Below are positions 17,885 to 27,032 of a stretch of DNA of 64,000 bases, piece after piece. Origin of the DNA: a virus (Duplodnaviria; Heunggongvirae; Uroviricota; Caudoviricetes). The stretch lies in the IMG/VR virus record IMGVR_UViG_3300029641_000003; one strand, written 5' to 3'. The number at the start of each line of letters is the position of its first letter. The first letter of the stretch is position 1. Below the pieces are notes generated by a model. It saw nothing but the letters and a program-made list of their open reading frames with translations. It did not search any database and was not told the DNA's origin. The translations under genes were made by a program, and so were the position numbers.

Positions 17885-18505
17885 ATGAAGGATGGTTTTG
17901 TGAAGTTAAGGGTTTTGGGAGCAGTGCTCGCGGTTATATTGGGGGGAGTTTCTCTTAATGCTGCCTATGCAGGCGCGTTACCTGCAAAGTATGAGGCTGG
18001 ACTGAAGGTATTGCGGAACTATAAAACCGATAGACCTGATGAATTTATAGACTTTTGCGAAAAAGAAAATATCACGCTGCAACCGGTTGAACCGGGGTTT
18101 ACAGGGAAGGGCGATTTCTGTTTGTTTGCGTATTCAGCAGACCGATTAGACAAGGCTATACGCAAGGCTGGCTATTCCACCAAAGACACTATGACAGCGT
18201 TAAGTAAAAGCTGGATGCAGTTTCAAGTTTATAGCCGGGAAGGTATGGGGGAGCTGTTGCAGCCGTTGTATGCTCTAGCATTGGTGCCGGAAGGTCAGCA
18301 GTTTCTGATCAAGAAAGGGTTCATGAGGGAGGAAGATGTAGCTGGTTTCGATGCCATCGTTGCCTATGAAAAACAACTCAAGGAACAGCGCAATAAAAAA
18401 CCATCTGCCTCATGCGTGCAAAGCAAAACAGCAGAATACAGCGCAGTGGCTGGGCCTTTAGCCCCACAAATGGCAGAGCAATGGTGTAAACAATACGGGC
18501 AATAA
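17885..18505 (+). CDS. secreted hypothetical protein
   Basis: Start taken at MKDGFVKLRVLGAVLAVILGGVSLNAAYA (signal peptide). Confidence 0.5.
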   Translation: MKDGFVKLRVLGAVLAVILGGVSLNAAYAGALPAKYEAGLKVLRNYKTDRPDEFIDFCEKENITLQPVEPGFTGKGDFCLFAYSADRLDKAIRKAGYSTKDTMTALSKSWMQFQVYSREGMGELLQPLYALALVPEGQQFLIKKGFMREEDVAGFDAIVAYEKQLKEQRNKKPSASCVQSKTAEYSAVAGPLAPQMAEQWCKQYGQ

Positions 18506-18525
18506 GTTACACAGCGGAGGCAGAA

Positions 18526-18918
18526 TTGAAAAGATTAGCTATTGCTTTATTGGCAGCTTTCCCTTTGATCGCTCACGCCGGGAATTTACAAGTGAAGTGC
18601 GGTAGGTTTGATATAAAAATCTATCCGAACGCCATATTTCTGAATGGGAATAAGGTCGATAACGCGCACCGGAAAACTGAATCTGACGTAATGAGCTATG
18701 TGTTCCAGGAGTATGCCGAGATGGGGGGAACTTACACGTTGTACTCGCTGGATGTTCCTTCTCGCGGTGATATGACGTTATCTCATCAATGGCAGAACGC
18801 CGATGGCGAAGCTCTGCGCGAGGTTAAAACAGAAAAATGTGGCACTTTCCATTCTTTTAAAGGGAAAGCGCCCAATGTTAAATCTACGCTTGAAAAACAG
18901 CGTGCTGGTGAGCTTTAA
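18526..18918 (+). CDS. secreted hypothetical protein
   Basis: MKRLAIALLAAFPLIAHA signal peptide; 130 aa. Confidence 0.5.
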   Translation: MKRLAIALLAAFPLIAHAGNLQVKCGRFDIKIYPNAIFLNGNKVDNAHRKTESDVMSYVFQEYAEMGGTYTLYSLDVPSRGDMTLSHQWQNADGEALREVKTEKCGTFHSFKGKAPNVKSTLEKQRAGEL

Positions 18919-19253
18919 GCCCCTTTAATCACGGAGATTTCGTTTCCCGCACGATAGCGGCGGGGAACGGAACTCTCCATCAGGTCACGAATTACTCCCG
19001 CTTCACGCAGTTTCTCTGTCTCCCAGTATCTGTTTGTCACCAGGTCAAGGCTGGCAATGACTTTATGCCGGTCATTCGGCATTGCTTCTTTTTCAGCCAT
19101 TATCATCAGTGAGAACTCTTCATCCAGTAGAATTTGATACCAGACTTTTGACAGTTCCAACTCTCTAATGAGGGTGAAGCGCCGCTCAATTGTGGCGGAA
19201 GAATAAGTGAAATCAATTTTTTTCGTGGCATACATTTTGCTGTGTCCGGTCAC
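18915..19253 (-). CDS. hypothetical protein (112 aa)
   Basis: ATG ORF convergent with secreted-protein genes. Confidence 0.4.
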   Translation of the reverse strand: MTGHSKMYATKKIDFTYSSATIERRFTLIRELELSKVWYQILLDEEFSLMIMAEKEAMPNDRHKVIASLDLVTNRYWETEKLREAGVIRDLMESSVPRRYRAGNEISVIKGA

Positions 19254-19291
19254 TTAGTAGTTAAAGCCCCGGCATGACCGGGGCAAATCTA

Positions 19292-20233
19292 TTAACTAAC
19301 AATCCAGTCAGTCGCTGCTACATCTTCTGGCTGTAAATCAATCGCACAGATCTTGCCGTCGCGAATGGTGCGCCAGTTTTTCCGTGAGCCTCTTTCGGGC
19401 CATACCCAGACACTTTCAGGCCAGGATGCTCGACGGCATACGGTTGCATACCCTGTTTTAATCTTCTCTCTGGCGGTATGCAACGACAGGTTTGCCTTTG
19501 GACTTTCAGGCACAGGATGGTGAATGGCCTGAAATAGCCCCATCCTGGGATGATACCAGCGTTTGTTGCGTGGTTCAGCCTCCGACATAACCTGCTTAAA
19601 GGCTTTCCGGAAGGGGGCCAGGGCCACAATGGAACGTCGCGCAAGCAAACCATCGGGAGTTAAAAACTCATGCGTATCAGTGGGTATCCGGTAAGCGTTG
19701 ACCAGGTTACGGCATTTGGCTTCAGTCAGGCCGCATTTTGCCGCCAACTGGCGGTAGCCAATGTAGCCTTCCGGAATATTGCCTTTCTTTATTTGCTCGA
19801 CGGTTTCAGCGACTTTGGACACTTGTGCCGATACTTCGGCTACCTGGGCATTAACGGCGTTGATCCGGCGTTCATGCTCAAGATGCATTTGCGCCATTTC
19901 GGCCAGGATTTCGGCTTTTGATTTTAACGGTCCCCTGGCATTCTCCAGTTCGCGCCAGCGGTCCACCAGCCGGGCGGTGAATTCCGGAGAGAGCTGCGCG
20001 ACGACAATGATGCTGTCTCGTTTTCCTTGTTCTCCTTCAAAGATGTAAGCCTTGGAAAATCGACGAGGGCCAACTGATTGTTTATTTTCAATTTCCTCAA
20101 TTTGAGGAAATTGAATGACACCACCTTTAGTTAATACTTCAATGGTTCGCTTCACATTATCATGACGCTTACCTACCAGTTCCGCGATCTCAATGCTGGT
20201 CATTGTCGCTTTTTGAGAGATGGACAGATTCAT
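19292..20233 (-). CDS. antirepressor-like protein (Rha/Ant family), immI-like copy 1
   Basis: N-terminal TMTSIEIAELVGKRHDNVKRTIEVL Rha-type domain; start overlaps stop of upstream small gene (ATGA); paralog at 55936-56643. Confidence 0.6.
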   Translation of the reverse strand: MNLSISQKATMTSIEIAELVGKRHDNVKRTIEVLTKGGVIQFPQIEEIENKQSVGPRRFSKAYIFEGEQGKRDSIIVVAQLSPEFTARLVDRWRELENARGPLKSKAEILAEMAQMHLEHERRINAVNAQVAEVSAQVSKVAETVEQIKKGNIPEGYIGYRQLAAKCGLTEAKCRNLVNAYRIPTDTHEFLTPDGLLARRSIVALAPFRKAFKQVMSEAEPRNKRWYHPRMGLFQAIHHPVPESPKANLSLHTAREKIKTGYATVCRRASWPESVWVWPERGSRKNWRTIRDGKICAIDLQPEDVAATDWIVS

Positions 20234-20448
20234 CAGTGCACCTCCACGCAGTTCATTGGCAGATTCCAGTAATTGAGGATCTCCATCGCATCAAGAGTGA
20301 AGCGTGCGGCAAAAATGCAGGGGTCTTCGGGAAGGTATGAGCGCGCCTCTGCTTCGGTAGCAGCCATTACGCAGATATAGAGGTGTTTTTGGCAGGAATA
20401 GAAACGCCAGATAAATTCAGAATGAGTTGGGGTAGGGATAGTAGCCAT
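20233..20448 (-). CDS. Icd-like small protein, copy 1
   Basis: 71 aa with EFIWRF...AATEAEAR, motifs I recall from Icd-like proteins; AGGAGG RBS; paralog at 56643-56867. Confidence 0.5.
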   Translation of the reverse strand: MATIPTPTHSEFIWRFYSCQKHLYICVMAATEAEARSYLPEDPCIFAARFTLDAMEILNYWNLPMNCVEVH

Positions 20449-21249
20449 ATTGGCAGCCTCCTTTGACTAAGTTAAGGAGCTACCGCGTGAGGTTCCAATC
20501 TCAATGGCGGTAGCACTGACTGGGTTGGAACTACCGGCGTCAAAGGGAACCGGCCTGCCTTTCGGCAGCCCAGCCAGCACTACCATTGATCTCTGAGCTA
20601 AACGCTACGTATGGCTGTGCGATGGCATGACACAAAAAAAGACGCTTTCGGCGTCTGTGTCGCCTTTGACATTATCCGGGGTTCCAATCCCGGCACCCGT
20701 TTTTCTAAGGTGCCGTAGAAATATACCCCACGATAATGCCAGGGCGCAACAGTCAGTATTTTATGCTTTGGCAGATTTCTTTCGGGCTTGCTTGCAGGCG
20801 TAGGCCATTGCTTTAGCTTTCACTTCATCCAGCTTTCCGGTGATCACTTCTTTTCCGAGAGTGACAAACCAGTCATAGCAACCGCCAGTGATGTTCTGGA
20901 TTTGAAAGTTGAGATAGCGAACGGTCATTTTGACACCCCCAGCGCGAGTAAAGAATGCAGATTATCGCGTGAGTGGCGGACAACGAGTGATGGGAAAAGA
21001 CAGTAGCTGTTCATAGTGTAGTGACTCCTTGCTTTCGGAGCCGCCATCGACTGTTCCACGGTCTGGTGGCGGCGCAATAAAGGTTGGAACACCGTGAGTC
21101 AACGGGGGCTTTTCAGCCACCTATATTGCACCGCCATTGGTATGGCGGCGGCAATCATACGAAAAACCAAACGGTTTGTCTCAAAAAGTTGACCGGTGTA
21201 CCAATCGGTTGTGAATGTACAACGGCGAATTTCACAATTCAACTTAAAA
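20449..21249 (-). other. structured untranslated leader between operator and icd-like gene; candidate c4-like antisense RNA region
   Basis: About 800 bp with no credible ORF, several hairpins (GCTACCGC...GCGGTAGC; CTGCC-TTTC-GGCAG) and an internal intrinsic terminator (GACGCCGAAAGCGTC plus T7) at 20630-20665. Confidence 0.3.
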
Positions 21250-21260
21250 TGTTAGAAAAT
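21250..21260. promoter_or_regulatory. operator half-site TGTTAGAAAAT
   Basis: Exact core motif at the head of the immI-like leader. Confidence 0.4.
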
Positions 21261-21835
21261 TAATTTATTAATTCAGTCACCATCTGATACAACGTCATTT
21301 CATCAGCATTGTGCCGCCTGAAATCTGCTTTGCCGCCTATTTTTCCATCAGCATGAACAGGGACCAACCAAGGGTATTGCTCGCGGATCTCTGCTGGCGC
21401 TGCGTGTTGATGGTGCCATTTACACAAAGGGAGGACGTATTTATGCGCGTTCTCTGCTGTTCTCCCGAAGATGTGGTGCAGGGATACCACAGGGCTATGC
21501 TGTCCGTGCATATGGCAGGCAATGCAGGGGAGAGCACCGATGGCAGTTTGTATCCGGCGCTCATCTGCTGTGAGTGTTCTGCCTTTCAGGCCGCGTGACG
21601 CGCGAGTTTTTTTGACAGGAGCAGAAGCGGCCTTCTCTTTTCTTCGCTGTTCATATTGCTTCGCTTTTTCAATTTTCTTTTGCCGATATTCAGGCGATGC
21701 GGCTTTTTCTCGCGCACGCTGCTGCTGGCGTTGAGCTTGCTGAAGACGCTTTGCCCTTTGTTCCTCCCGCCATTTCGGATCAGCCAGTTTTTGCAGGGCT
21801 TTTTGTGTCTGTTTCTCCCAATAGCTTTGCTTCAT
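21260..21835 (-). CDS. ref: Ref-like HNH endonuclease (track ORF extends to TTG at 21877)
   Basis: LPCIACHMHGQHSPVVSLHHIFGRTAENAHKYVLPLCKWHHQ HNH motif; Lys/Arg/Gln-rich N-terminus; start taken at ATG 21835. Confidence 0.7.
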   Translation of the reverse strand: MKQSYWEKQTQKALQKLADPKWREEQRAKRLQQAQRQQQRAREKAASPEYRQKKIEKAKQYEQRRKEKAASAPVKKTRASRGLKGRTLTADERRIQTAIGALPCIACHMHGQHSPVVSLHHIFGRTAENAHKYVLPLCKWHHQHAAPAEIREQYPWLVPVHADGKIGGKADFRRHNADEMTLYQMVTELIN

Positions 21836-21879
21836 AGAAATACCCGGTTTGTCTACATCGCCGCTATGGTTGATCAAAA

Positions 21880-21913
21880 TGTGTTAGAAAATCAAAATTG
21901 ATTTTCTAACACA
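21880..21913. promoter_or_regulatory. 34-bp near-perfect palindromic operator TGTGTTAGAAAATCAA-AA-TTGATTTTCTAACACA
   Basis: 16-bp arms are exact reverse complements; sits between ref and a divergent plus-strand operon. Confidence 0.55.
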
Positions 21914-21952
21914 AAATGAAGATACTTTTTTCAGACGCTATATCAGGAGGTC

Positions 21953-22108
21953 ATGATGCTTGTCGCAATAAGTGCAATCCACCAGCAATCCGGTACAGAA
22001 ATTGGGTTGCTATATGCCCTGTTTTTCACTGTCCTGGCGTTGTTTGAGCTGGGCATTGAACTCTTTGCTCTCATCAACTTTTGCGTAACGTTCCTGGGGA
22101 AACTTTGA
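21953..22108 (+). CDS. small hydrophobic protein (51 aa)
   Basis: AGGAGG 6 nt upstream of ATG; stop overlaps next start (TGATG); below ORF-track length cutoff. Confidence 0.4.
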   Translation: MMLVAISAIHQQSGTEIGLLYALFFTVLALFELGIELFALINFCVTFLGKL

Positions 22109-22269
22109 TGTCAAAACGCATTATGAAAATTTACATCGCGGGTCCGATGACTGGTTATCCCGACTACAACCGCACAGCGTTTTTTTCGAAAGCAAAAGAG
22201 CTGATGGAGGAAGGGCATATTGTTCTGAATCCGGCGCTGTTACCTGCTGGCCTCTGCCAGAGCGAATAA
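22108..22269 (+). CDS. DUF4406-like protein, N-terminal half
   Basis: MSKRIMKIYIAGPMTGYPDYN Rossmann-like N-terminus; ends at TAA overlapping next ATG; domain appears to continue in next ORF. Confidence 0.45.
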   Translation: MSKRIMKIYIAGPMTGYPDYNRTAFFSKAKELMEEGHIVLNPALLPAGLCQSE

Positions 22270-22718
22270 TGGATATTTGCCTTGCAATGGTGCGTTCGGC
22301 TAATGCGGTCTATTTGCTCAAGGGGTGGGAGGAATCAGTTGGCGCTCGTGCAGAGCACGAGCTGGCTCAAAAGCTGGGGCTGAATGTAATTTATGAGTCA
22401 CCAACCAACATTGAATGCCAGGTTGCTCCGCATATTTACCGGGAACTGGTCAATGCACTGCGTGATATCGCTGCTGTATATCACGGCACAGAACAGCTTC
22501 GTGAGCGTTTAGCCCATACCATTTCCTATTACCTGTCTGCATCTCATGAGCACAAGCTCCGTCAGAAGGTAATGATCAAATTTATCATGAGGTTATCGAA
22601 ATCCCTGGCAAGCGCCGATCCAAAGAATCCATTACCGAAAGAGGCAATGAATTACCTGAAGTCCTGCAACGTTGTTTCTGAAGATGGCGTTCTTTTGGTT
22701 AGAAGGAGTTCTGCGTGA
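22269..22718 (+). CDS. DUF4406-like C-terminal half plus about 100-aa extension
   Basis: MDICLAMVRSANAVYLLKGWEESVGARAEHELAQKLGL matches the C-terminal part of the same domain family as I recall it, in a different frame from the previous ORF. Confidence 0.45.
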   Translation: MDICLAMVRSANAVYLLKGWEESVGARAEHELAQKLGLNVIYESPTNIECQVAPHIYRELVNALRDIAAVYHGTEQLRERLAHTISYYLSASHEHKLRQKVMIKFIMRLSKSLASADPKNPLPKEAMNYLKSCNVVSEDGVLLVRRSSA

Positions 22719-23032
22719 GCTGGCGGGGATGGGGAAGGGCAGAAATCATGATACTCCGCCAGTGCGCCGGGACTATGACAGTCGAGGGTATTGGGAGACT
22801 GATCGGGCGTACCGGTGGTGCTGTCAGGACTAAAGCGCGGCAACTGCGGATCAGCATGATTCTGAAAGGAGACTTTCACCAGTCAGCCAAATACCGGCAG
22901 AGCGATATAGAACTGGCGCGGCAGCTTCATCAGTGTGGTGTTCCCCGCCGTGAGATCGCAGAAAAACTCGAAATGCCCCTGGGAATGATTAATCAGTACG
23001 TTTATTTCGAAAGGAGAGTACATGAAGTCTGA
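22715..23032 (+). CDS. small DNA-binding protein with two HTH-like segments
   Basis: MTVEGIGRLIGRTGGAVRTKARQL and GVPRREIAEKLEMPLGMINQYV. Confidence 0.45.
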   Translation: MSWRGWGRAEIMILRQCAGTMTVEGIGRLIGRTGGAVRTKARQLRISMILKGDFHQSAKYRQSDIELARQLHQCGVPRREIAEKLEMPLGMINQYVYFERRVHEV

Positions 23033-23525
23033 AGGTTTAACGCCAGAGCAACTGGCGGAGCGTAACGCTGAGTATGTAACGGAAATTTCCCGACTTGAGA
23101 AAGAGCGCGCGGCGCTGGCGGCGGAGAATGCACTTGCTCGTAAAGCTGTTCAGGCATTCTGTGAGGTTGTTGGCGACAACACTGAGATTATCTCCGAGTT
23201 GGTTGGGCAAGATGACGTTCTGGTTATTTTGAAGGCCATGAAGGCAACAGGAAATATGTCAGCCACCGATGCTTTCCTGGCTGAAATACGTGCGGAGGCA
23301 CGCAACGAGGGGATTAACTACACCGCAAGCCGTCTTGCTGCTGCGTTCAATCACGGATTTATCAATAAGTCTTTGCGTGAAGTTTTCGACGTTACACGCA
23401 TGATTTTGTCAGCGAAAGAAGAGTTGGCTAATGAACCGCATCCGATTGATGGCCTGTCTGGTGAATATGCGGAGAAATCCCTTGAAGAATGGGCGGAACA
23501 GCTTCGTAAAGGAGTCATCCAGTGA
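23022..23525 (+). CDS. hypothetical protein (167 aa)
   Basis: Coupled ORF in long plus-strand accessory operon. Confidence 0.4.
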   Translation: MKSEGLTPEQLAERNAEYVTEISRLEKERAALAAENALARKAVQAFCEVVGDNTEIISELVGQDDVLVILKAMKATGNMSATDAFLAEIRAEARNEGINYTASRLAAAFNHGFINKSLREVFDVTRMILSAKEELANEPHPIDGLSGEYAEKSLEEWAEQLRKGVIQ

Positions 23526-24352
23526 GCAAGATTGACTATCAGGCACTGCGTGAGGCGGCAGAGCGTGCAATTCCGGCAATGGAACGCCTGTTAATGTTGC
23601 CAGTTGATGATGATCTGATAAGCGAGCAGGAACTTAAAGATAGCGGTGTTGATATTGATGCGCTCAACGCCTTCAAAATTCTGGCCGGACCAGAAACCGT
23701 GATGGCGCTACTGGATGAACGGGAAAGAAACCAGCAATACATCAAATCTCGCGACCAGGAGAACGAGGATATTGCGCTAACGGTAGGGAAGCTGTTAATC
23801 GAAAACGGTCAGCTTGTTGCCGATACGCTACGCCACTTAGCTGATAACGAAATCGACTCTGATTATTTTGCTATCACCTCAACTAATGAGAACGGTACTG
23901 AAATTGATCATGAGATGTCTATTACCGATTACGCACTGCAAGCTGCCGGAACTGTAGACGAATTGGTTGCGGCGCTGGAAGCCGCAAAATCAAAACTCAA
24001 CGAGCAGCGTGAGTATTACGAGGGCGTTATCTCGGATGGAAGTAAGCGCATTGCAGAACTGGAAGCACGGGAAATAAAACCAGCCAAAGGTGAAGTTCTG
24101 GTCGTTGTATCTGGTTTTACTGGTTGCGGAAAAAGCGCCATTGCCGGGGAAATAGAAATCGCGATGAAGGCTATTGGTGTACCGGTTCAGTGGACTAATG
24201 GCGATGCGGAAAAGCGCATGACAGGAGCTGACTGGCTGACAGCGATTGAGATGTACAAACCAACAGTGCGCATCGTGGAAGTTAATGTGCCACGCGCCCC
24301 TGGCATTCGCATCAAAGGAGACGCAGGAGAACAAAACGATGAAAAACCGTAA
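23522..24352 (+). CDS. hypothetical protein with C-terminal P-loop-like motif
   Basis: GFTGCGKS Walker-A-like motif near C-terminus; 276 aa. Confidence 0.45.
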   Translation: MSKIDYQALREAAERAIPAMERLLMLPVDDDLISEQELKDSGVDIDALNAFKILAGPETVMALLDERERNQQYIKSRDQENEDIALTVGKLLIENGQLVADTLRHLADNEIDSDYFAITSTNENGTEIDHEMSITDYALQAAGTVDELVAALEAAKSKLNEQREYYEGVISDGSKRIAELEAREIKPAKGEVLVVVSGFTGCGKSAIAGEIEIAMKAIGVPVQWTNGDAEKRMTGADWLTAIEMYKPTVRIVEVNVPRAPGIRIKGDAGEQNDEKP

Positions 24353-24578
24353 AGCAAAATTACTTCTTTTATCGCGTTCGACGGGGTACGAGAAGCTACC
24401 AATCAGCAATCACAAACGGGCGGTGATCGGCATGTTTGGTAGGGTGGTATTCGCATTTAACTATAAACCCACCGCGTCGCGGAACAGACGAGAGAAGGGG
24501 TACGCAGTGCGATGAAAAACCGTAAGGCAAAGATGCTGATAGCAAAGCCCGGGCAGCGTATCCGTATCTCAAATCGGC

Positions 24579-25160
24579 TTGTTATTTACTATAGATATCT
24601 GGGTTTTAGGGGGTGTTCCTCTATTCGTTTTTACGGTGTCTGGCGGAGCAGAAGCGCGGCGCAAAACCGCTGGAAAAACCACTTGCGCACTAAAGGAGAG
24701 TGAGGTGCCTACACTATTCAGGAAAAACTATCCGCGAAAGAGTAGAGCAATAGAATTGCTGTTTATCATTCTGTTTTTCGTGTTGCTGATACCAATAGCC
24801 TCAATATTAGTGACTGTTCTAATGGGGAGAGTATTTGAACCGTTAGTTGAACTGTATATCGATATAGTGTGGACCCCATTCAGGAAGCTACACAATAAAA
24901 TTAACCCACATAAGGAAACAGATATGGCAACTTTGACAAAAGAAGATCGTTTTACCAAAAAACAAATCGCCGAGGCAAAAATCCTCGATAACAACGGAAC
25001 CTACTTCATCAACGGCTCCATTCTTCCAGTTTATATCAATGAAGATGGAGACACTTACCTTATTGAAGAGTACGAAAAAGGCGAGCCGAGCGAACACCTC
25101 ATTAAAGATTTGTTCGCGGATGGCGTTATTGTTGCTGTTAATCCGATTGGCTACAACTAA
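24579..25160 (+). CDS. hypothetical protein (start uncertain: GTG about 24705 or ATG 24924)
   Basis: Frame contains a hydrophobic helix LLFIILFFVLLIPIASILVTVLM and C-terminal soluble domain. Confidence 0.35.
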   Translation: MLFTIDIWVLGGVPLFVFTVSGGAEARRKTAGKTTCALKESEVPTLFRKNYPRKSRAIELLFIILFFVLLIPIASILVTVLMGRVFEPLVELYIDIVWTPFRKLHNKINPHKETDMATLTKEDRFTKKQIAEAKILDNNGTYFINGSILPVYINEDGDTYLIEEYEKGEPSEHLIKDLFADGVIVAVNPIGYN

Positions 25161-25170
25161 AGCATAAATT

Positions 25171-25683
25171 ATGACCAGTATTACCAGAGAACAGGCCAAG
25201 AAAATTATTGAAGCTGCCGATGAGGTTATTAGTGCGCTTGCCGGAACTAACGAGGATGTTCACCCTGGTAGCGATAACATGCTACGTCTGTGGGATGACC
25301 TGAATGACCGTTACGCGCCGCCGGAAGTTGTGCGTGAGCTGGCGCGTATCGTGCTGGCATCGCTGGAAGCGGAGCCTGTAGCGTGGCGATATCGCTACGT
25401 GAAAAAAGGCGTTACGGACTCTCAGGGGGAGCCGTGGGTTGGTGACTGGAAATATGTACCGACAAAAGAGGATTGCAACGACAGGCCGAGCTATGAGATT
25501 CAGGCCTTATTCACTGCCCCGCCAGTCCCGGTGACATCAGAAGGACTGGTTAAAGCCGTGCGTTTCTATGAACAAGTTAAGCGTGAAAATCCGCCAGTCG
25601 AAACCGGAGCATGGAAAGACGCGGTTGACTGGGTGCTCAAAGAGGCCTGCCAGGTTGTAAACACTGGCATCAAAGGAGACTGA
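25171..25683 (+). CDS. hypothetical protein (170 aa)
   Basis: Shares ASLEAEPV motif with 25891-26856. Confidence 0.45.
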   Translation: MTSITREQAKKIIEAADEVISALAGTNEDVHPGSDNMLRLWDDLNDRYAPPEVVRELARIVLASLEAEPVAWRYRYVKKGVTDSQGEPWVGDWKYVPTKEDCNDRPSYEIQALFTAPPVPVTSEGLVKAVRFYEQVKRENPPVETGAWKDAVDWVLKEACQVVNTGIKGD

Positions 25684-25684
25684 T

Positions 25685-25894
25685 ATGGCTATTGCCGCAA
25701 GTTACACCATGCATCTCTATTGTGATTGCCTCCAGTGTACAGATGGCAAATATAAGTCGCCAGACTTCGGTGAGTATATCGGTACGTCATGGGCTGGCTG
25801 TGCAAAAGAGGCGCGCAAGGATGGCTGGCGAATAAGCAAAGACAAAACGCGTGCTTTTGCGCCCGGGCATAAAGTTTTGAGGATTAACAAATGA
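25685..25894 (+). CDS. small Cys-rich hypothetical protein
   Basis: 69 aa, CDCLQC...C motif, coupled to neighbours. Confidence 0.4.
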   Translation: MAIAASYTMHLYCDCLQCTDGKYKSPDFGEYIGTSWAGCAKEARKDGWRISKDKTRAFAPGHKVLRINK

Positions 25895-26856
25895 CCACTT
25901 TAACCGACAAAGAACTGATTAAAGAAATCAAAGAGCGCATAGGCAGTCTGGACGTGCGAGACAATATTGAGCGCCGTGCTTATGAAATTGCTCTGGCATC
26001 GCTGGAGGCAGAGCCTGTTCTGTATCAGTCCTGCACTCGCCCCACCTGGAATAGCGGTGTTCCGTGGACGGAATGGAAAGAACGAAGTCGTGAGTGCTAC
26101 GAAGACGATTTGCGCTTTACAGACACGCCTGACCATGCCGGTTGGATATACAAATGTCGAAAACTATATACCACTCCGCCAGCGCCGATAGCGTTAGAGG
26201 CCATTGAAAACGCAATTGAATACATCCGCAGTATCGCTTTTCACATCAATGAAGACGATTACCACGGCAAGCATATTGCGTATTTCATGCGACAAGCATT
26301 GGCCTGGCTGGAAGGGCATTCATGCAGCGACGACAGACTGGGTAAAGCCGAGAATCAAACAGTACACGGCAACCAGGCTGCCGAATCCAATCGCGGTAAT
26401 GAGTGGACCGGCAATCCTGATATTGATAACGCCATCATCATGCTCGATCGCATAGATACGCTGGAAAGTTGCGATGATGACCGTATTGAGGCGGTTAAGA
26501 CTGTTTTGCGTAGACTGGCAGGCAACTCTCCGGTAATTCCGGATGGTTTATCCACGGTATGCGCTGAGGCTTATCAGGTTGTAGGAGTTATGGCAGATGC
26601 GCTTGGTGTATTCGGTGATGCAGCAGTACAGAAAGTTCTGGATAACCTGTCACAGCAAAAACTTGTTCACAGAGATGTGCTGCCGTTCTCGCTTCCGGTA
26701 ACTCCGGATGGTTGGGTTATGGTTCCTAAACAGGTAACGCCGGAAATCAGCAACGCGATAAACGTTGTGGGTCAACGCTGTACATGCGGAAATTGCTCTC
26801 AGCGGTTGTGGGATTTATTACTCGACGCCACACAGCAAGGAGTTAACCGTGGCTAA
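25891..26856 (+). CDS. hypothetical protein (321 aa)
   Basis: Coupled ORF; shared N-terminal motif with 25171-25683. Confidence 0.45.
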   Translation: MTTLTDKELIKEIKERIGSLDVRDNIERRAYEIALASLEAEPVLYQSCTRPTWNSGVPWTEWKERSRECYEDDLRFTDTPDHAGWIYKCRKLYTTPPAPIALEAIENAIEYIRSIAFHINEDDYHGKHIAYFMRQALAWLEGHSCSDDRLGKAENQTVHGNQAAESNRGNEWTGNPDIDNAIIMLDRIDTLESCDDDRIEAVKTVLRRLAGNSPVIPDGLSTVCAEAYQVVGVMADALGVFGDAAVQKVLDNLSQQKLVHRDVLPFSLPVTPDGWVMVPKQVTPEISNAINVVGQRCTCGNCSQRLWDLLLDATQQGVNRG

Positions 26857-27032
26857 CCTGCAACTTATCCTCAAAGGTGAAAAGATTTGAGGATTCGCAT
26901 CATTAATAACACCGACAAACATCCGGATGATTATTTGGATTGCTCGTTAGCAGAGCGCGTGGAATTGATATAAGAGAATCTCCGCGCATCGGCAACACAC
27001 AGCTAAATATGTTCGCAATAAAGGGTAAATCA

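Noticed and set aside
20788-21006. 72-aa plus-strand ORF inside the immI-like leader
   Set aside because: No ribosome-binding site, opposite to the direction of the operator-driven transcript, embedded in hairpin-rich sequence
22062-22078. Sequence TTTGCTCTCATCAACTT resembling the P1 C1 operator consensus (13 of 17)
   Set aside because: Lies inside a coding sequence, carries four mismatches, and is a single occurrence in AT-rich DNA; likely chance
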